The translations under genes and the position numbers were made by a program. Below the pieces are notes generated by a model. It was given only the letters and a program-made list of their open reading frames with translations, ran no database searches and had not been told where the DNA came from. From the NCBI RefSeq assembly GCF_000008465.1, contig NC_006512.1, forward strand, positions 1,890,001 through 1,922,000: a stretch of DNA of 32,000 bases. Direction: 5' to 3'. Source of the DNA: Idiomarina loihiensis L2TR (GTDB lineage: Bacteria > Pseudomonadota > Gammaproteobacteria > Enterobacterales > Alteromonadaceae). Positions 19,338 through 27,744 of this stretch are shown piece by piece. How positions within the stretch are numbered: the first letter of the stretch is position 1; each line of letters starts with the position of its first letter.

Positions 19338-20369
19338 ATGGCTATTGTAAACAGAATTGCCCTGGATTTGGCAAAGGATTTTATTCAGGTTTTGGCGCTG
19401 GATGAAAATGAGCAGGAAGTTTTTAATAAAAAACTGCGCAGCAATAAAGTGTTAGCGAAGCTGGCGACGCTGAGCCGTACGGATGACTGTGAAGTAGCGG
19501 TTGAGTCCTGCGGCATGAGTCATTACTGGCGCCGCGAATGTGAAAAGCTGGGTTATAAAACGGTGGCGTTGCCACCGCGTTTCGTCAAAGCGTACCTGCA
19601 GGGTGAGAAGAACGATGCGAATGACGCCCGGGCGATAGCCGAGGCGGCATCACGACCCAACCGTCAGACGGTCAGGCTGAAAAGCATTGAGCAGCAGGAC
19701 TTAGCATTGATGGTCAATCAGCGGGAAGGCTTCGTGCAGACGAGAACGCAGTTCTCGAATAGGTTGCGGGGGCAACTGGCCGAATACGGCATTCTTTTAC
19801 CGAAGCGAGTCGGTACGATATTACAGAGAGTACCGGAGGTACTGGAAGACGACAGCAATGCGCTGACGCTTCAGTCACGGGACCTCATCAACCGGCTCTA
19901 TCAGATGCTGCGAGCGGTGGATGAAGAAGTTAAAGCGCTGGATAAGCACTTAGCGACACAGGCCGAAAGGAATGAAGACAGTCAGCGGCTGATGACCCTG
20001 CCGGGTATCGGACCGATAACAGCGACCTCGCTGCTGGCACTGATAGGTGATGTGAGTGAATTTAAACGCGGCCGCAACCTGTCGGAATACCTGGGACTGG
20101 TACCACGGCAAAACAGCAGTGGCGGTAAAGACCGTTTAGGCGGTATTACCAAAAAAGGGAACACCAAACTCAGGACACTGCTGGTGCATGGCGCCCGCTC
20201 GGCACTGCGGGTGGCACAACAGCGCCACGACAGGCTGAGCCTCTGGGCACAGGATGTCGCTAAACGCAGAGGCAACAACGTTGCAGCGGTGGCACTGGCT
20301 AACAAGCACGCCCGGATAATCTGGGCGATGTTAAAGAATAAAGAAGATTACCGGATGACTGCTGCTTAA
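19338..20369 (+). CDS. IS110-family DEDD transposase/recombinase
   Basis: The 343-aa product starts at the ATG at 19338, preceded by GGAGAGG. The N-terminal RuvC-like DEDD region (IALDLAKDF..., ESCGMSHYW, NDANDA) and the C-terminal Tnp domain (LPGIGPITATSL...VPRQNSSGGK...ITKKGNTKLRTLL) are typical of the family. The upstream extension to 19257 begins inside the sTIR and is probably not translated. Confidence 0.9.
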   Translation: MAIVNRIALDLAKDFIQVLALDENEQEVFNKKLRSNKVLAKLATLSRTDDCEVAVESCGMSHYWRRECEKLGYKTVALPPRFVKAYLQGEKNDANDARAIAEAASRPNRQTVRLKSIEQQDLALMVNQREGFVQTRTQFSNRLRGQLAEYGILLPKRVGTILQRVPEVLEDDSNALTLQSRDLINRLYQMLRAVDEEVKALDKHLATQAERNEDSQRLMTLPGIGPITATSLLALIGDVSEFKRGRNLSEYLGLVPRQNSSGGKDRLGGITKKGNTKLRTLLVHGARSALRVAQQRHDRLSLWAQDVAKRRGNNVAAVALANKHARIIWAMLKNKEDYRMTAA

Positions 20370-20635
20370 CAGCATTCAGTAAAAGAGCACAGCGAAGGTT
20401 CATTCCTTCCGGGAGTTGCAAACGTCAACAGGATGGTAAAATAGGGTAAACCGACGACAACTGAGACTGTTGAACGTCCGTACATAAAGTACGTTAGCCT
20501 GATAAGCCAGTTGTCGTGCGGAGTTCATCCAGGCCAGGTGCGCAAAGCGCGCACCATAAACAGGCCGTATATATGCGAGCGCCCCGACATTTACCACGAG
20601 TTGCCGTTGCAAAACGGGAGGGGACCATATATGAC
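20370..20635 (+). ncRNA. Candidate IS-encoded guide RNA (seekRNA / bridge RNA) in the 3' non-coding region
   Basis: This 266-nt stretch between the transposase stop and the IS end is non-coding and identical in both copies. It contains a 13-bp stem (20451-20463 / 20508-20521, with G20518 bulged) enclosing two internal loops and an apical hairpin. It also contains a second stem-loop module (20532-20566) and a GCAA-tetraloop hairpin (20604-20617). It carries short matches to the IS ends and to the copy-1 target. The exact RNA ends are unknown. Confidence 0.55.
20616..20628. repeat. Right subterminal inverted repeat (sTIR)
   Basis: GGGAGGGGACCAT lies 7 bp inside the right end and is the reverse complement of 19257-19269. 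Confidence 0.85.
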
Positions 20636-20642
20636 ATTTATG

Positions 20643-20677
20643 TCAGGTGAGATATCTCCCCTGATGTGAACATCAGG
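20643..20677. other. Overlapping inverted repeats between convergent fghA and the MCP gene
   Basis: There is an imperfect 22-bp palindrome, tcaggtgagatatctcccctga (20643-20664). It overlaps the hairpin cctgatg-tgaa-catcagg (20660-20677), which abuts the MCP stop. Neither has a clear U-tract, so a terminator function is uncertain. Confidence 0.4.
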
Positions 20678-22516
20678 CTACACGCGGAATTTGATAACCG
20701 CCTGGCGTAATTGCTCTGTTTGATTGCGAACCTGAGCAACGGCATCGGCATTTGACTGCGCATCATTCGCTGCTTCCACACCGGCATCCCGCACACGGGT
20801 TATATTTCTGGCGGTTTCATCCACAACCGCCGATTGTTCTTCAACTGCCGTCGCGATAGATGCCGAACGGTCGTTAATTTTTAAAAGCTCCATATGGATG
20901 CGATTAAATAACTCATCGGACTCCGATGAATGCTGAGCACTCTCCTCACCCAGTTCATTACACTCCTGCAATGTGGTGACAATAATCTGCGTCTGCTGGT
21001 TCAACTGGCTGGTAATAGACTCAATTTCACCAATAGATTTTTGCGTGCGTGAAGCCAGTGTCCGGACTTCATCAGCAACAACAGCGAAACCACGCCCCTG
21101 CTCACCAGCTCGGGCAGCCTCAATAGCCGCATTCAGTGCCAGTAAATTGGTTTGCTCTGCAATACCATTTATAACCGTCACTATTTGTGTAATTGAAGCA
21201 CTGCGTTCCGCTAAGGTATTTGCTTCGCTCACACTACTGTTTAAACGCTCTGCCAGATACCGAACCTTTTCAACGCCAGCTTGTACTGAAGTACTGCCAT
21301 GCTTAGCCTGATCGGACAAACTGTTCACCTGCTCGGCAGTGTCTTCTGCATCATTCGCAATAGTATGAGCAGTGCTGCCCATCTCATTGATAGCGGCTGC
21401 AACCTGATCAACTTCGTGCGATTGCATATCCAGATTCTCAGACGTATGAGTGACGGTATCCGACACCTGCTGGGTTAACCCGTTAACCGTCTCAACTGAC
21501 TCATTAATTTGCTTAATAACGTTACGGAAGTATCTCAGAAGTTCATTAAAGCTATCGACTAAATCACCTAATTCATCACTACGGAACTTTTCTGATACCA
21601 GAGTTAAGTCATTGCTACTCTGGACTTTTTTCATGTCTTCGCGTAACTGAGTTAGCGGCTGATTAATGGAGCGAACAACCCAGAACAGCATGGCTACAAC
21701 AATAAATGCAATTGCTGCAAAAACCACAATAGGAACCCATTTCATGGTTGCCTGACGTGACTGAAGCAACTCATTTAGATTCTCATCTAACTCAGCTAAC
21801 GAACTCTCCATATTACCGGCAATAATTCTGACTTCACCTTTAATGCCGGACTCTTCATCCAGGCCAATTTCTTTCGACAAGCTGGCATAACGGCCAAAGT
21901 CACGACGATAAGCGTCAACTTTGGAAGCCAGATTCGGCGATGCCGATAGCTCGGCTTTCAACTCATCCAGTAAATTGTTAACTCGGCCGAGGTATTTGTC
22001 GTCAAAACGCAGCATAAAGTCTTTTTCGCTACGGCGTATCTGCAACAGAGTTACCAACAATTCGGTTCGGTTGGCTGTATCAATAGCTTCTTCCAGCTCA
22101 TGCGTCGCCGCCCGCAGCGCGCCATAGGCCGCACTATTTTCATCCAGTCCTCGTTGCTTAAACGCAGCAACTAAACTATTAAAATTTTCTTCATATTTTG
22201 AAACCTGCTCAGCAAGACCATCAATAAGTCGCGTAGAGCCCTCATCAGCAACCAGTTGGTTAAGCTGTTCTAACCTTTCAATCGTTACACTAACTTCTTG
22301 CTGTAGTTTATCCGCGTAACTTTCATCCATTCGCAAAAGGAAATCTTTTTCGGCACGACGCACTTGTAACAAACCGTTATGTACAGATTCCCGCAATTCA
22401 CTGGCGCGATGCAGCTGACTAATTTGAGACTGAAAAAACATCATCAGCATTAGTAGTATGATAAAAGCAGCCGTTGTTACCGCACCGACAGAGAGAAGTT
22501 TATTGCGAATTGACAT
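20678..22516 (-). CDS. Methyl-accepting chemotaxis protein
   Basis: The 612-aa ORF has an N-terminal TM segment, a helical periplasmic region with an internally repeated motif, a second TM segment and a HAMP domain. The signalling domain is highly conserved ([35 protein letters not shown]). Confidence 0.9.
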   Translation of the reverse strand: MSIRNKLLSVGAVTTAAFIILLMLMMFFQSQISQLHRASELRESVHNGLLQVRRAEKDFLLRMDESYADKLQQEVSVTIERLEQLNQLVADEGSTRLIDGLAEQVSKYEENFNSLVAAFKQRGLDENSAAYGALRAATHELEEAIDTANRTELLVTLLQIRRSEKDFMLRFDDKYLGRVNNLLDELKAELSASPNLASKVDAYRRDFGRYASLSKEIGLDEESGIKGEVRIIAGNMESSLAELDENLNELLQSRQATMKWVPIVVFAAIAFIVVAMLFWVVRSINQPLTQLREDMKKVQSSNDLTLVSEKFRSDELGDLVDSFNELLRYFRNVIKQINESVETVNGLTQQVSDTVTHTSENLDMQSHEVDQVAAAINEMGSTAHTIANDAEDTAEQVNSLSDQAKHGSTSVQAGVEKVRYLAERLNSSVSEANTLAERSASITQIVTVINGIAEQTNLLALNAAIEAARAGEQGRGFAVVADEVRTLASRTQKSIGEIESITSQLNQQTQIIVTTLQECNELGEESAQHSSESDELFNRIHMELLKINDRSASIATAVEEQSAVVDETARNITRVRDAGVEAANDAQSNADAVAQVRNQTEQLRQAVIKFRV

Positions 22517-22703
22517 AAGGTAAGCCCATGTTTAGAAACTGGCGAAATAATAGTCATTGAACAAATGTTCTGCAATGATCTATTTTGTTAACAACTTTAG
22601 CTAAGCGACACGCTATGTCAAAGTAAGAGGTATCACTTACTGGGTAAATACCCTTATTTCAGAACCAGTTATAATCGCACCAAGCTCAAAACAGGATGCA
22701 GTA

Positions 22704-23984
22704 ATGAAAGTTAATTCGGCAATACAAGCGTTATCAATTCTGAACGATGGAGATGTTATTTGGTGTCAGTCGATGGCGGCCACTCCCTACAAATTATTAG
22801 AGGGTCTGAAGGAAGTTGCCAAACAGCGTGTAAACTTAACGCTATTGCAATTGCATACGGAATACAGCGAAGCTTTAGGTGACCCGGAATTAAACGGGCA
22901 TCTCAGGCAACGAGCATTTTTTGTCGGAGCATCAACCCGCCAGGCCGTTAATCAGGGTCTGGCCGACTACGTTCCTATTTTCCTGTCTGAAATTCCAAAG
23001 CTGTTTCGTTCAGGCGAACAACCGCTGGACGCAGCTATTATTCAGGTATCGCCGCCAGATAAACACGGTAACTGCAGTTTAGGTATCTCGGTAGAAGCAA
23101 CGCGAGCCGCCCTGCAAGTTGCAAAGAAGGTTATAGCCTGGATAAATCCGAATATGCCACGCACCCATGGCGATGCACTGGTTCAACTTAAGCGCTTCGA
23201 TCGCTATTTTGAAGAAGCGGCACCGATTCCCGAGCATAAGCAACCGCAACAGAACCCTATTACTCAGAAAATTGGTGAGCAAGTTGCCGGGCTCATTAAC
23301 GACGGTGACTGTTTACAGATGGGCATTGGAGCGATACCCGATGCGACTCTGGCTTGTCTGCATCATCATAAAGACTTAGGTATTCATACCGAAATGTTTT
23401 CAGATGGTGTGCTGCCTTTAGTTGAGCGTGGCGTTATTAATAACAGTCGCAAGCGTAAACACCGAGGACGCATTGTCACCACCTTTGCGATGGGATCTCA
23501 GGCATTATATGACTTTGTAGATGACAACCCGGAAGTGTTTTTCCTTGATGTTGAATACACTAACGACACGTCCGTTATTCGCCAAAATAAACAGGTTATG
23601 TCTATTAACAGCGCACTGCAGGTTGATTTAAGCGGTCAGGTTTGCGCCGACTCAATCGGTACCCGTATTTATTCCGGCGTTGGTGGGCAAATGGATTTTG
23701 TTCGCGGCGCCAGCTTATCCGAAGGTGGTCGCTCAGTGATTGCGCTACCGTCAACGGCTTGTGGCGGAAGCGTTTCCCGCATCAGTTCTCTGCTGGAACC
23801 GGGAGCCGGAGTCGTAACAACTCGCGCGCACGTTCATTACATTGTGACCGAGCATGGTATCGCGAATTTACGAGCCAAAAGCATGAGTGAACGCGCACGG
23901 GAGCTTATCCACATAGCCGACCCTAAATTCCGTGAAGAACTGGCTAAAGCGGCCTACGACGACTGGGGTCTGAACATAAGCTAG
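22704..23984 (+). CDS. Acetyl-CoA hydrolase/transferase family protein (4-hydroxybutyrate CoA-transferase-like)
   Basis: The 426-aa ORF has GIGAIPDA and SGVGGQMDF motifs typical of this family. Confidence 0.8.
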   Translation: MKVNSAIQALSILNDGDVIWCQSMAATPYKLLEGLKEVAKQRVNLTLLQLHTEYSEALGDPELNGHLRQRAFFVGASTRQAVNQGLADYVPIFLSEIPKLFRSGEQPLDAAIIQVSPPDKHGNCSLGISVEATRAALQVAKKVIAWINPNMPRTHGDALVQLKRFDRYFEEAAPIPEHKQPQQNPITQKIGEQVAGLINDGDCLQMGIGAIPDATLACLHHHKDLGIHTEMFSDGVLPLVERGVINNSRKRKHRGRIVTTFAMGSQALYDFVDDNPEVFFLDVEYTNDTSVIRQNKQVMSINSALQVDLSGQVCADSIGTRIYSGVGGQMDFVRGASLSEGGRSVIALPSTACGGSVSRISSLLEPGAGVVTTRAHVHYIVTEHGIANLRAKSMSERARELIHIADPKFREELAKAAYDDWGLNIS

Positions 23985-24030
23985 ACTGTTTTCATCTAAT
24001 ATCGCCGTTAACTTAACGTCCAAACTGCGC

Positions 24031-24052
24031 TAGGCTATTTTTAAATAGCCTA
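24031..24052 (+). terminator. Terminator-like hairpin after the CoA-transferase gene
   Basis: The perfect inverted repeat taggctattt / aaatagccta is followed by TTG. The U-tract is weak. Confidence 0.35.
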
Positions 24053-24071
24053 TTGCGGAGCGGAGGTCTTA

Positions 24072-24761
24072 ATGAAAACAGTCGGCATTATTGGTGGCAT
24101 GAGCTGGGAATCAACCAGCACTTACTACCGACGCCTGAACCAGCTAGTCAATGAACGACTTGGTGGCCTGCATAGCGCAGAGCTCCTGCTTGCCAGCGTT
24201 GACTTTGCGCCTATTGAAAAAATGCAAAGTCAGGGCGACTGGGACGCAGCCGCGCAGGCTCTTATCGGTAAAGCCAGACAACTTGAGTCCGCGGGAGCCG
24301 AATGCATTGTTATAGCGACAAATACAATGCATAAAGTGGCACCTCAGATTGAAACCGCTGTAACCATACCCTTACTGCATATTGTTGACGCGGTAGCCGC
24401 TCATCTCAAACAAAATAGTGTCCATAACGTTGGGCTGCTTGGTACCCGTTTCACCATGCAGCAACCTTTCTATAAAGAGCGCCTGGAACAAAACAATGTA
24501 CAGGTTCTGGTCCCCGAGGAAGAGGACAGCATTACCGTCGACAGCATCATTTTTAAAGAACTTTGTCACGGCCAGTTCACTGAAAAAGCCAGGGAGCATT
24601 ATCTTCGCGTTATTGATTCGCTAGCCGAACGGGGTGCACAAGGTGTTATTCTGGGATGCACAGAAATAGGTTTACTGGTTCAGCAGGAGCATTCGGCTTT
24701 GCCATTATTCGATACCACGGAACTGCACTGCCGGGCTATTGCCGACTGGATGTTGAAATAA
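24072..24761 (+). CDS. Aspartate/glutamate racemase family protein (YgeA-like)
   Basis: The 229-aa ORF starts GIIGGMSWESTSTYY and has the two catalytic Cys/Thr contexts (IATNTMH, LGCTEIG). Confidence 0.8.
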   Translation: MKTVGIIGGMSWESTSTYYRRLNQLVNERLGGLHSAELLLASVDFAPIEKMQSQGDWDAAAQALIGKARQLESAGAECIVIATNTMHKVAPQIETAVTIPLLHIVDAVAAHLKQNSVHNVGLLGTRFTMQQPFYKERLEQNNVQVLVPEEEDSITVDSIIFKELCHGQFTEKAREHYLRVIDSLAERGAQGVILGCTEIGLLVQQEHSALPLFDTTELHCRAIADWMLK

Positions 24762-24774
24762 CAGCAGGTTAACC

Positions 24775-25458
24775 ATGACAGACCTAACCACAGACTTTTC
24801 TCAATTTTATGAGCGCGCTTGTCAACGCAAAGGCGGCGAAAACGCTATGCTTTCACGCATGCCAAAAGTTACACCTGCAAGCGAGCTGAAACAGCTGGAT
24901 GACCGGGTCATTTTATCAACCATTACCCGTTGTATTTTCCGCGCCGGTTTTGTCTGGCGCATTATTGAAGCGAAGTGGCCGGGTTTTGAAGAAGCCTTTA
25001 AAGGCTTTGTGCCTCTTTACTGGCAACAAGTGCCCCCAGAAGTCTTAGAGGCACTTTCCAAAGATGAACGTATTGTCCGCAACCAGCAAAAAATAAACAC
25101 CGTGCCCGCTAACGCACGAATGATTGTGGAAGTAGCCGAAGAATACGGCAGTTTTGGTCAGTTTCTGGCTCAATGGCCATCGAGCCAACAAGCGGAGTTG
25201 TTGCATTATCTTAAAAAGAACGGTTCGCGATTAGGCGGCGTTACCCCACAGTATGTTTTGCGCGAGCTTGGCTGGGACGGTTTTATTCTTTCCAATGATG
25301 TTATCACCGCGTTGACCAACTACAAGCTGATAGACGCTTCTCCCACCAGTCAAAAAGGGTTAAAACAAGCTCAAAGTGCGTTTAACCACTGGCATCAGCA
25401 GACCCAGTTACCTTACAGTCATTTGTCGCGAATTCTGTCTTACAGCGTAGGAGAATAG
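24775..25458 (+). CDS. DNA-3-methyladenine glycosylase I (Tag)-like family protein
   Basis: The 227-aa ORF has a central region collinear with E. coli Tag blocks: AGF.W..I..KW..FEEAF..F and RIVRNQQKI..V..NA. It lacks the terminal Cys/His zinc-snap residues. Confidence 0.55.
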   Translation: MTDLTTDFSQFYERACQRKGGENAMLSRMPKVTPASELKQLDDRVILSTITRCIFRAGFVWRIIEAKWPGFEEAFKGFVPLYWQQVPPEVLEALSKDERIVRNQQKINTVPANARMIVEVAEEYGSFGQFLAQWPSSQQAELLHYLKKNGSRLGGVTPQYVLRELGWDGFILSNDVITALTNYKLIDASPTSQKGLKQAQSAFNHWHQQTQLPYSHLSRILSYSVGE

Positions 25459-25496
25459 ACGCTCGTCAATCTCTTGTCAGGTTAAATATAAAGCAA

Positions 25497-25525
25497 TTGA
25501 AGCACTTAGCTATTAAAGGTATATT
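25497..25525 (+). promoter_or_regulatory. Candidate sigma70 promoter for the OMP gene
   Basis: TTGAAG (25497-25502), a 17-nt spacer and TATATT (25520-25525) lie about 30 nt upstream of the AAGGAGAG Shine-Dalgarno. Confidence 0.4.
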
Positions 25526-25554
25526 GCCCGCTTTTCTCAACCAAGGAGAGACTT

Positions 25555-26172
25555 ATGAGAAAAGCTGTTATCGCATTGGCAATGCTGACCTTACCTGGCG
25601 CAGTTCTAGCTGAGACCCCTAACTGGAATAAAGTTGATGCGTCCTATCTTGATACCGATGTTGGCGTTGACGGAGCTGGCGATCTTTCTTTCGACGGATT
25701 CAGAGTCGGCGGTTCGGCCGCTATTAATCCGGACCTCGTCGTTTTAGATAACCTTTTCGTATTTGCAGATTTCGACTCTGTCTCCAATGACGACTCAGGT
25801 TTCGATTTAGATATCGACTTTCTGTCAGCAGGTATCGGTTCATATAAGCACTTAACTAACACCACTGATTTATACTCGACAGTATCGTTTGAACGAGCAA
25901 AATTTTCAGGTTCTGGCCAGGGACTGTCGACATCGGCATCCGAGAATGCCTGGGGTGTTGGAGTCGGACTTCGCTCTATGATAGCTCCAAAAGTTGAGGT
26001 CGATGCTAAGGTGGACTATATCGCGTTTGACGAAGATACTTTTCGCTTTAGTGTATCTGCTTTCTATCACGCGACAGCAAACCTGTCGTTTGGTCTTGGC
26101 TATGAGACATACGGTGAAGTCCAGTACCTCGATGTTGATAGCCTAAGTGCTACCGTACGCTATTCATTTTAA
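25555..26172 (+). CDS. Outer-membrane beta-barrel protein (small porin/OmpA-like barrel family)
   Basis: The 205-aa ORF has a signal peptide (ALAMLTLPGAVLA-ET), an alternating amphipathic strand pattern and a C-terminal aromatic signature (VRYSF). Confidence 0.75.
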   Translation: MRKAVIALAMLTLPGAVLAETPNWNKVDASYLDTDVGVDGAGDLSFDGFRVGGSAAINPDLVVLDNLFVFADFDSVSNDDSGFDLDIDFLSAGIGSYKHLTNTTDLYSTVSFERAKFSGSGQGLSTSASENAWGVGVGLRSMIAPKVEVDAKVDYIAFDEDTFRFSVSAFYHATANLSFGLGYETYGEVQYLDVDSLSATVRYSF

Positions 26173-26193
26173 TAAACTTAACTATGCTTTCCC

Positions 26194-26217
26194 CCCTGCT
26201 GCTAACCCGCAGCAGGG
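26194..26217 (+). terminator. Hairpin downstream of the OMP gene
   Basis: A 9-bp stem, ccctgctgc / gcagcaggg, has loop taaccc and lies 22 nt after the stop. There is no strong U-tract. Confidence 0.4.
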
Positions 26218-26329
26218 CCAAATTAAACTCTGGATAAATTCCCTTCTATCGCCTATAAATAGTTGAGTGTACGCACACATTAACTCCCGTTGCCATAAGC
26301 CACTCTTTCTAAAAACTATGGGGATTTTG

Positions 26330-27043
26330 ATGAACTCAACTAAGAATACTCTGATAATAAGCATTTCTCTTATCATCAGCTTCGCGATCGTTAGCATTAT
26401 CGGTTCAAATGCAGTGCTTGAGCACAAGTCTATGGAGCGCAGTGTGACCGTAAAAGGGTTATCCGAACGAGAATATCTTGCCGACACAGTTATCTGGCCT
26501 ATTCAATTTACCGCGGCAAGCAACGATTTATCAGAAATTTATGAAACTATGGAAGCCTCCAATAAAAAGGTCATCGCCTTCTTACGGGAGAAAGGCATTG
26601 AGACGGACGAAATATCCTCATCTGCCCCTTCCATTACAGACAAATCTGCACAGCGTTACGGCTCTTCTCAACCCGCAGAATTTCGTTATACCGCCACACA
26701 AGCTATTACTGTCTATTCCAGTAACGTAGAGCAGGTTCGCAGTGTCATGGGAGACCTTGCCGAGCTGGGTAAAGAGGGGATTGTTCTCAGCAGCGACGAT
26801 TATCAGGCGCAACCTGAATACTTATTTACCCGGTTGAATGAGGTAAAGCCCGAAATGATAGAAGAGGCCACTAAGAAAGCCCGGGAAGTAGCAGAAAAAT
26901 TTGCGACAGACTCGAACTCTCAGTTGGGTAAAATCAAACAGGCACGTCAGGGGCAGTTTAGTATCAGTGCTCGCGACCGACACAATCCTCATCTGAAAAA
27001 TGTGCGGGTTGTATCCACCATAGAATATTACTTGTCCGATTGA
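26330..27043 (+). CDS. SIMPL (DUF541) domain protein
   Basis: The ORF has an N-terminal TM/signal anchor and a SIMPL-like body. It ends with a motif that resembles the family's conserved C-terminus (VRVVSTIEYYL). I prefer the ATG at 26330 over the GTG at 26267, with the ATG at 26318 as another alternative. Confidence 0.7.
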   Translation: MNSTKNTLIISISLIISFAIVSIIGSNAVLEHKSMERSVTVKGLSEREYLADTVIWPIQFTAASNDLSEIYETMEASNKKVIAFLREKGIETDEISSSAPSITDKSAQRYGSSQPAEFRYTATQAITVYSSNVEQVRSVMGDLAELGKEGIVLSSDDYQAQPEYLFTRLNEVKPEMIEEATKKAREVAEKFATDSNSQLGKIKQARQGQFSISARDRHNPHLKNVRVVSTIEYYLSD

Positions 27044-27094
27044 TTTATTCGTTTCACAATGCGGCTAACTCTTTGCCAAAAGGCTTATTAAATA

Positions 27095-27700
27095 ATGAAA
27101 AGAACGCTGCAGTATTTGTTTAAAGGGTTAGCCATTTTACTGCCCATTGTTGTGACCTTTGCGTTACTGCAATGGCTGCTAGTTACCATCGAAAATTGGC
27201 TTAAGCCTATATGGATAACCTTACTGGGTGAGTCTTCCTATTTTCCGGGGCTCGCCTTTATTAGCTTTTTAGCTATTGCTTTGCTTATTGGTTTTAGCTC
27301 CCGCTGGAATTTCATTGATTCTCTCTGGCAGCTTCCCGGAAAACTTATCAACCGGCTGCCACTGCTGCGCAGTCTTTACGGTACCATTAACGATGTCTTT
27401 GAAATGATGTCGGGCAAAAACTTCGCTGAAGAATCTGTTGTATTAGTCACACTTCCCGGCAGCAAACTGCGGCTTATTGGTATTGTCACCAAGAAAAGCG
27501 GAATTAAGGGTGACCGCCTGTCGGAATTGATGAAAGATGACCAGGTGGCGGTATTTTTGCCCATGAGTTATAACGTCGGCGGCTATATGGTCATTGTGCC
27601 GGCGGATTGTATCGAGTCACTGACTATGAAACCTGCCGATGCCCTGCAGCTGACAATAAGTGGGGGCCTGGGCAAAAATCACTCCGGCAAAACAGATTAA
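27095..27700 (+). CDS. DUF502 family membrane protein
   Basis: The 201-aa ORF has two N-terminal TM helices and a conserved core (G.V.....G...VFLP.S.N...GY...VP). Confidence 0.7.
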   Translation: MKRTLQYLFKGLAILLPIVVTFALLQWLLVTIENWLKPIWITLLGESSYFPGLAFISFLAIALLIGFSSRWNFIDSLWQLPGKLINRLPLLRSLYGTINDVFEMMSGKNFAEESVVLVTLPGSKLRLIGIVTKKSGIKGDRLSELMKDDQVAVFLPMSYNVGGYMVIVPADCIESLTMKPADALQLTISGGLGKNHSGKTD

Positions 27701-27744
27701 AAACTGCAGTTGAAATCAGCGCGCGTGCTGGTAAAGTTCGCGCT

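Larger units (their letters stand above)
19248..20635 (+). mobile_element. IS110-superfamily insertion sequence, IS1111-type architecture, copy 1 (1388 bp)
   Basis: The boundaries come from aligning this copy to the reverse complement of 29446-30833: position x pairs with 50081-x, and identity stops exactly at 19248 and 20635. The element has 13-bp subterminal inverted repeats and a short 5' non-coding end of about 90 bp. It also has a long 266-bp 3' non-coding region and no flanking direct repeat. Confidence 0.92.

Noticed and set aside
19982-20305. A 107-aa ORF antisense to the transposase gene, also at 29776-30099.
   Set aside because: It lies entirely within the transposase CDS and has a Ser/Arg/Leu/Pro-rich low-complexity translation, typical of an antisense frame in a GC-biased coding region.
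20400-20612. A 70-aa ORF on the minus strand inside the IS 3' non-coding region, duplicated at 29469-29681 on the plus strand.
   Set aside because: It has no Shine-Dalgarno and an odd composition. It is antisense to a region whose strong secondary structure better fits a structured RNA, and it appears in two copies only because the IS is duplicated.
20607-20635. An outward-facing promoter-like TTGCAA-N17-TATGAC at the IS right end, considered as the driver of the downstream EAL fragment.
   Set aside because: The -10 element overlaps the candidate ATG, so transcripts from it would start downstream of the SD and ATG. The -10 hexamer is also weak. I have left it as a possible contributor to a circle-junction promoter only.
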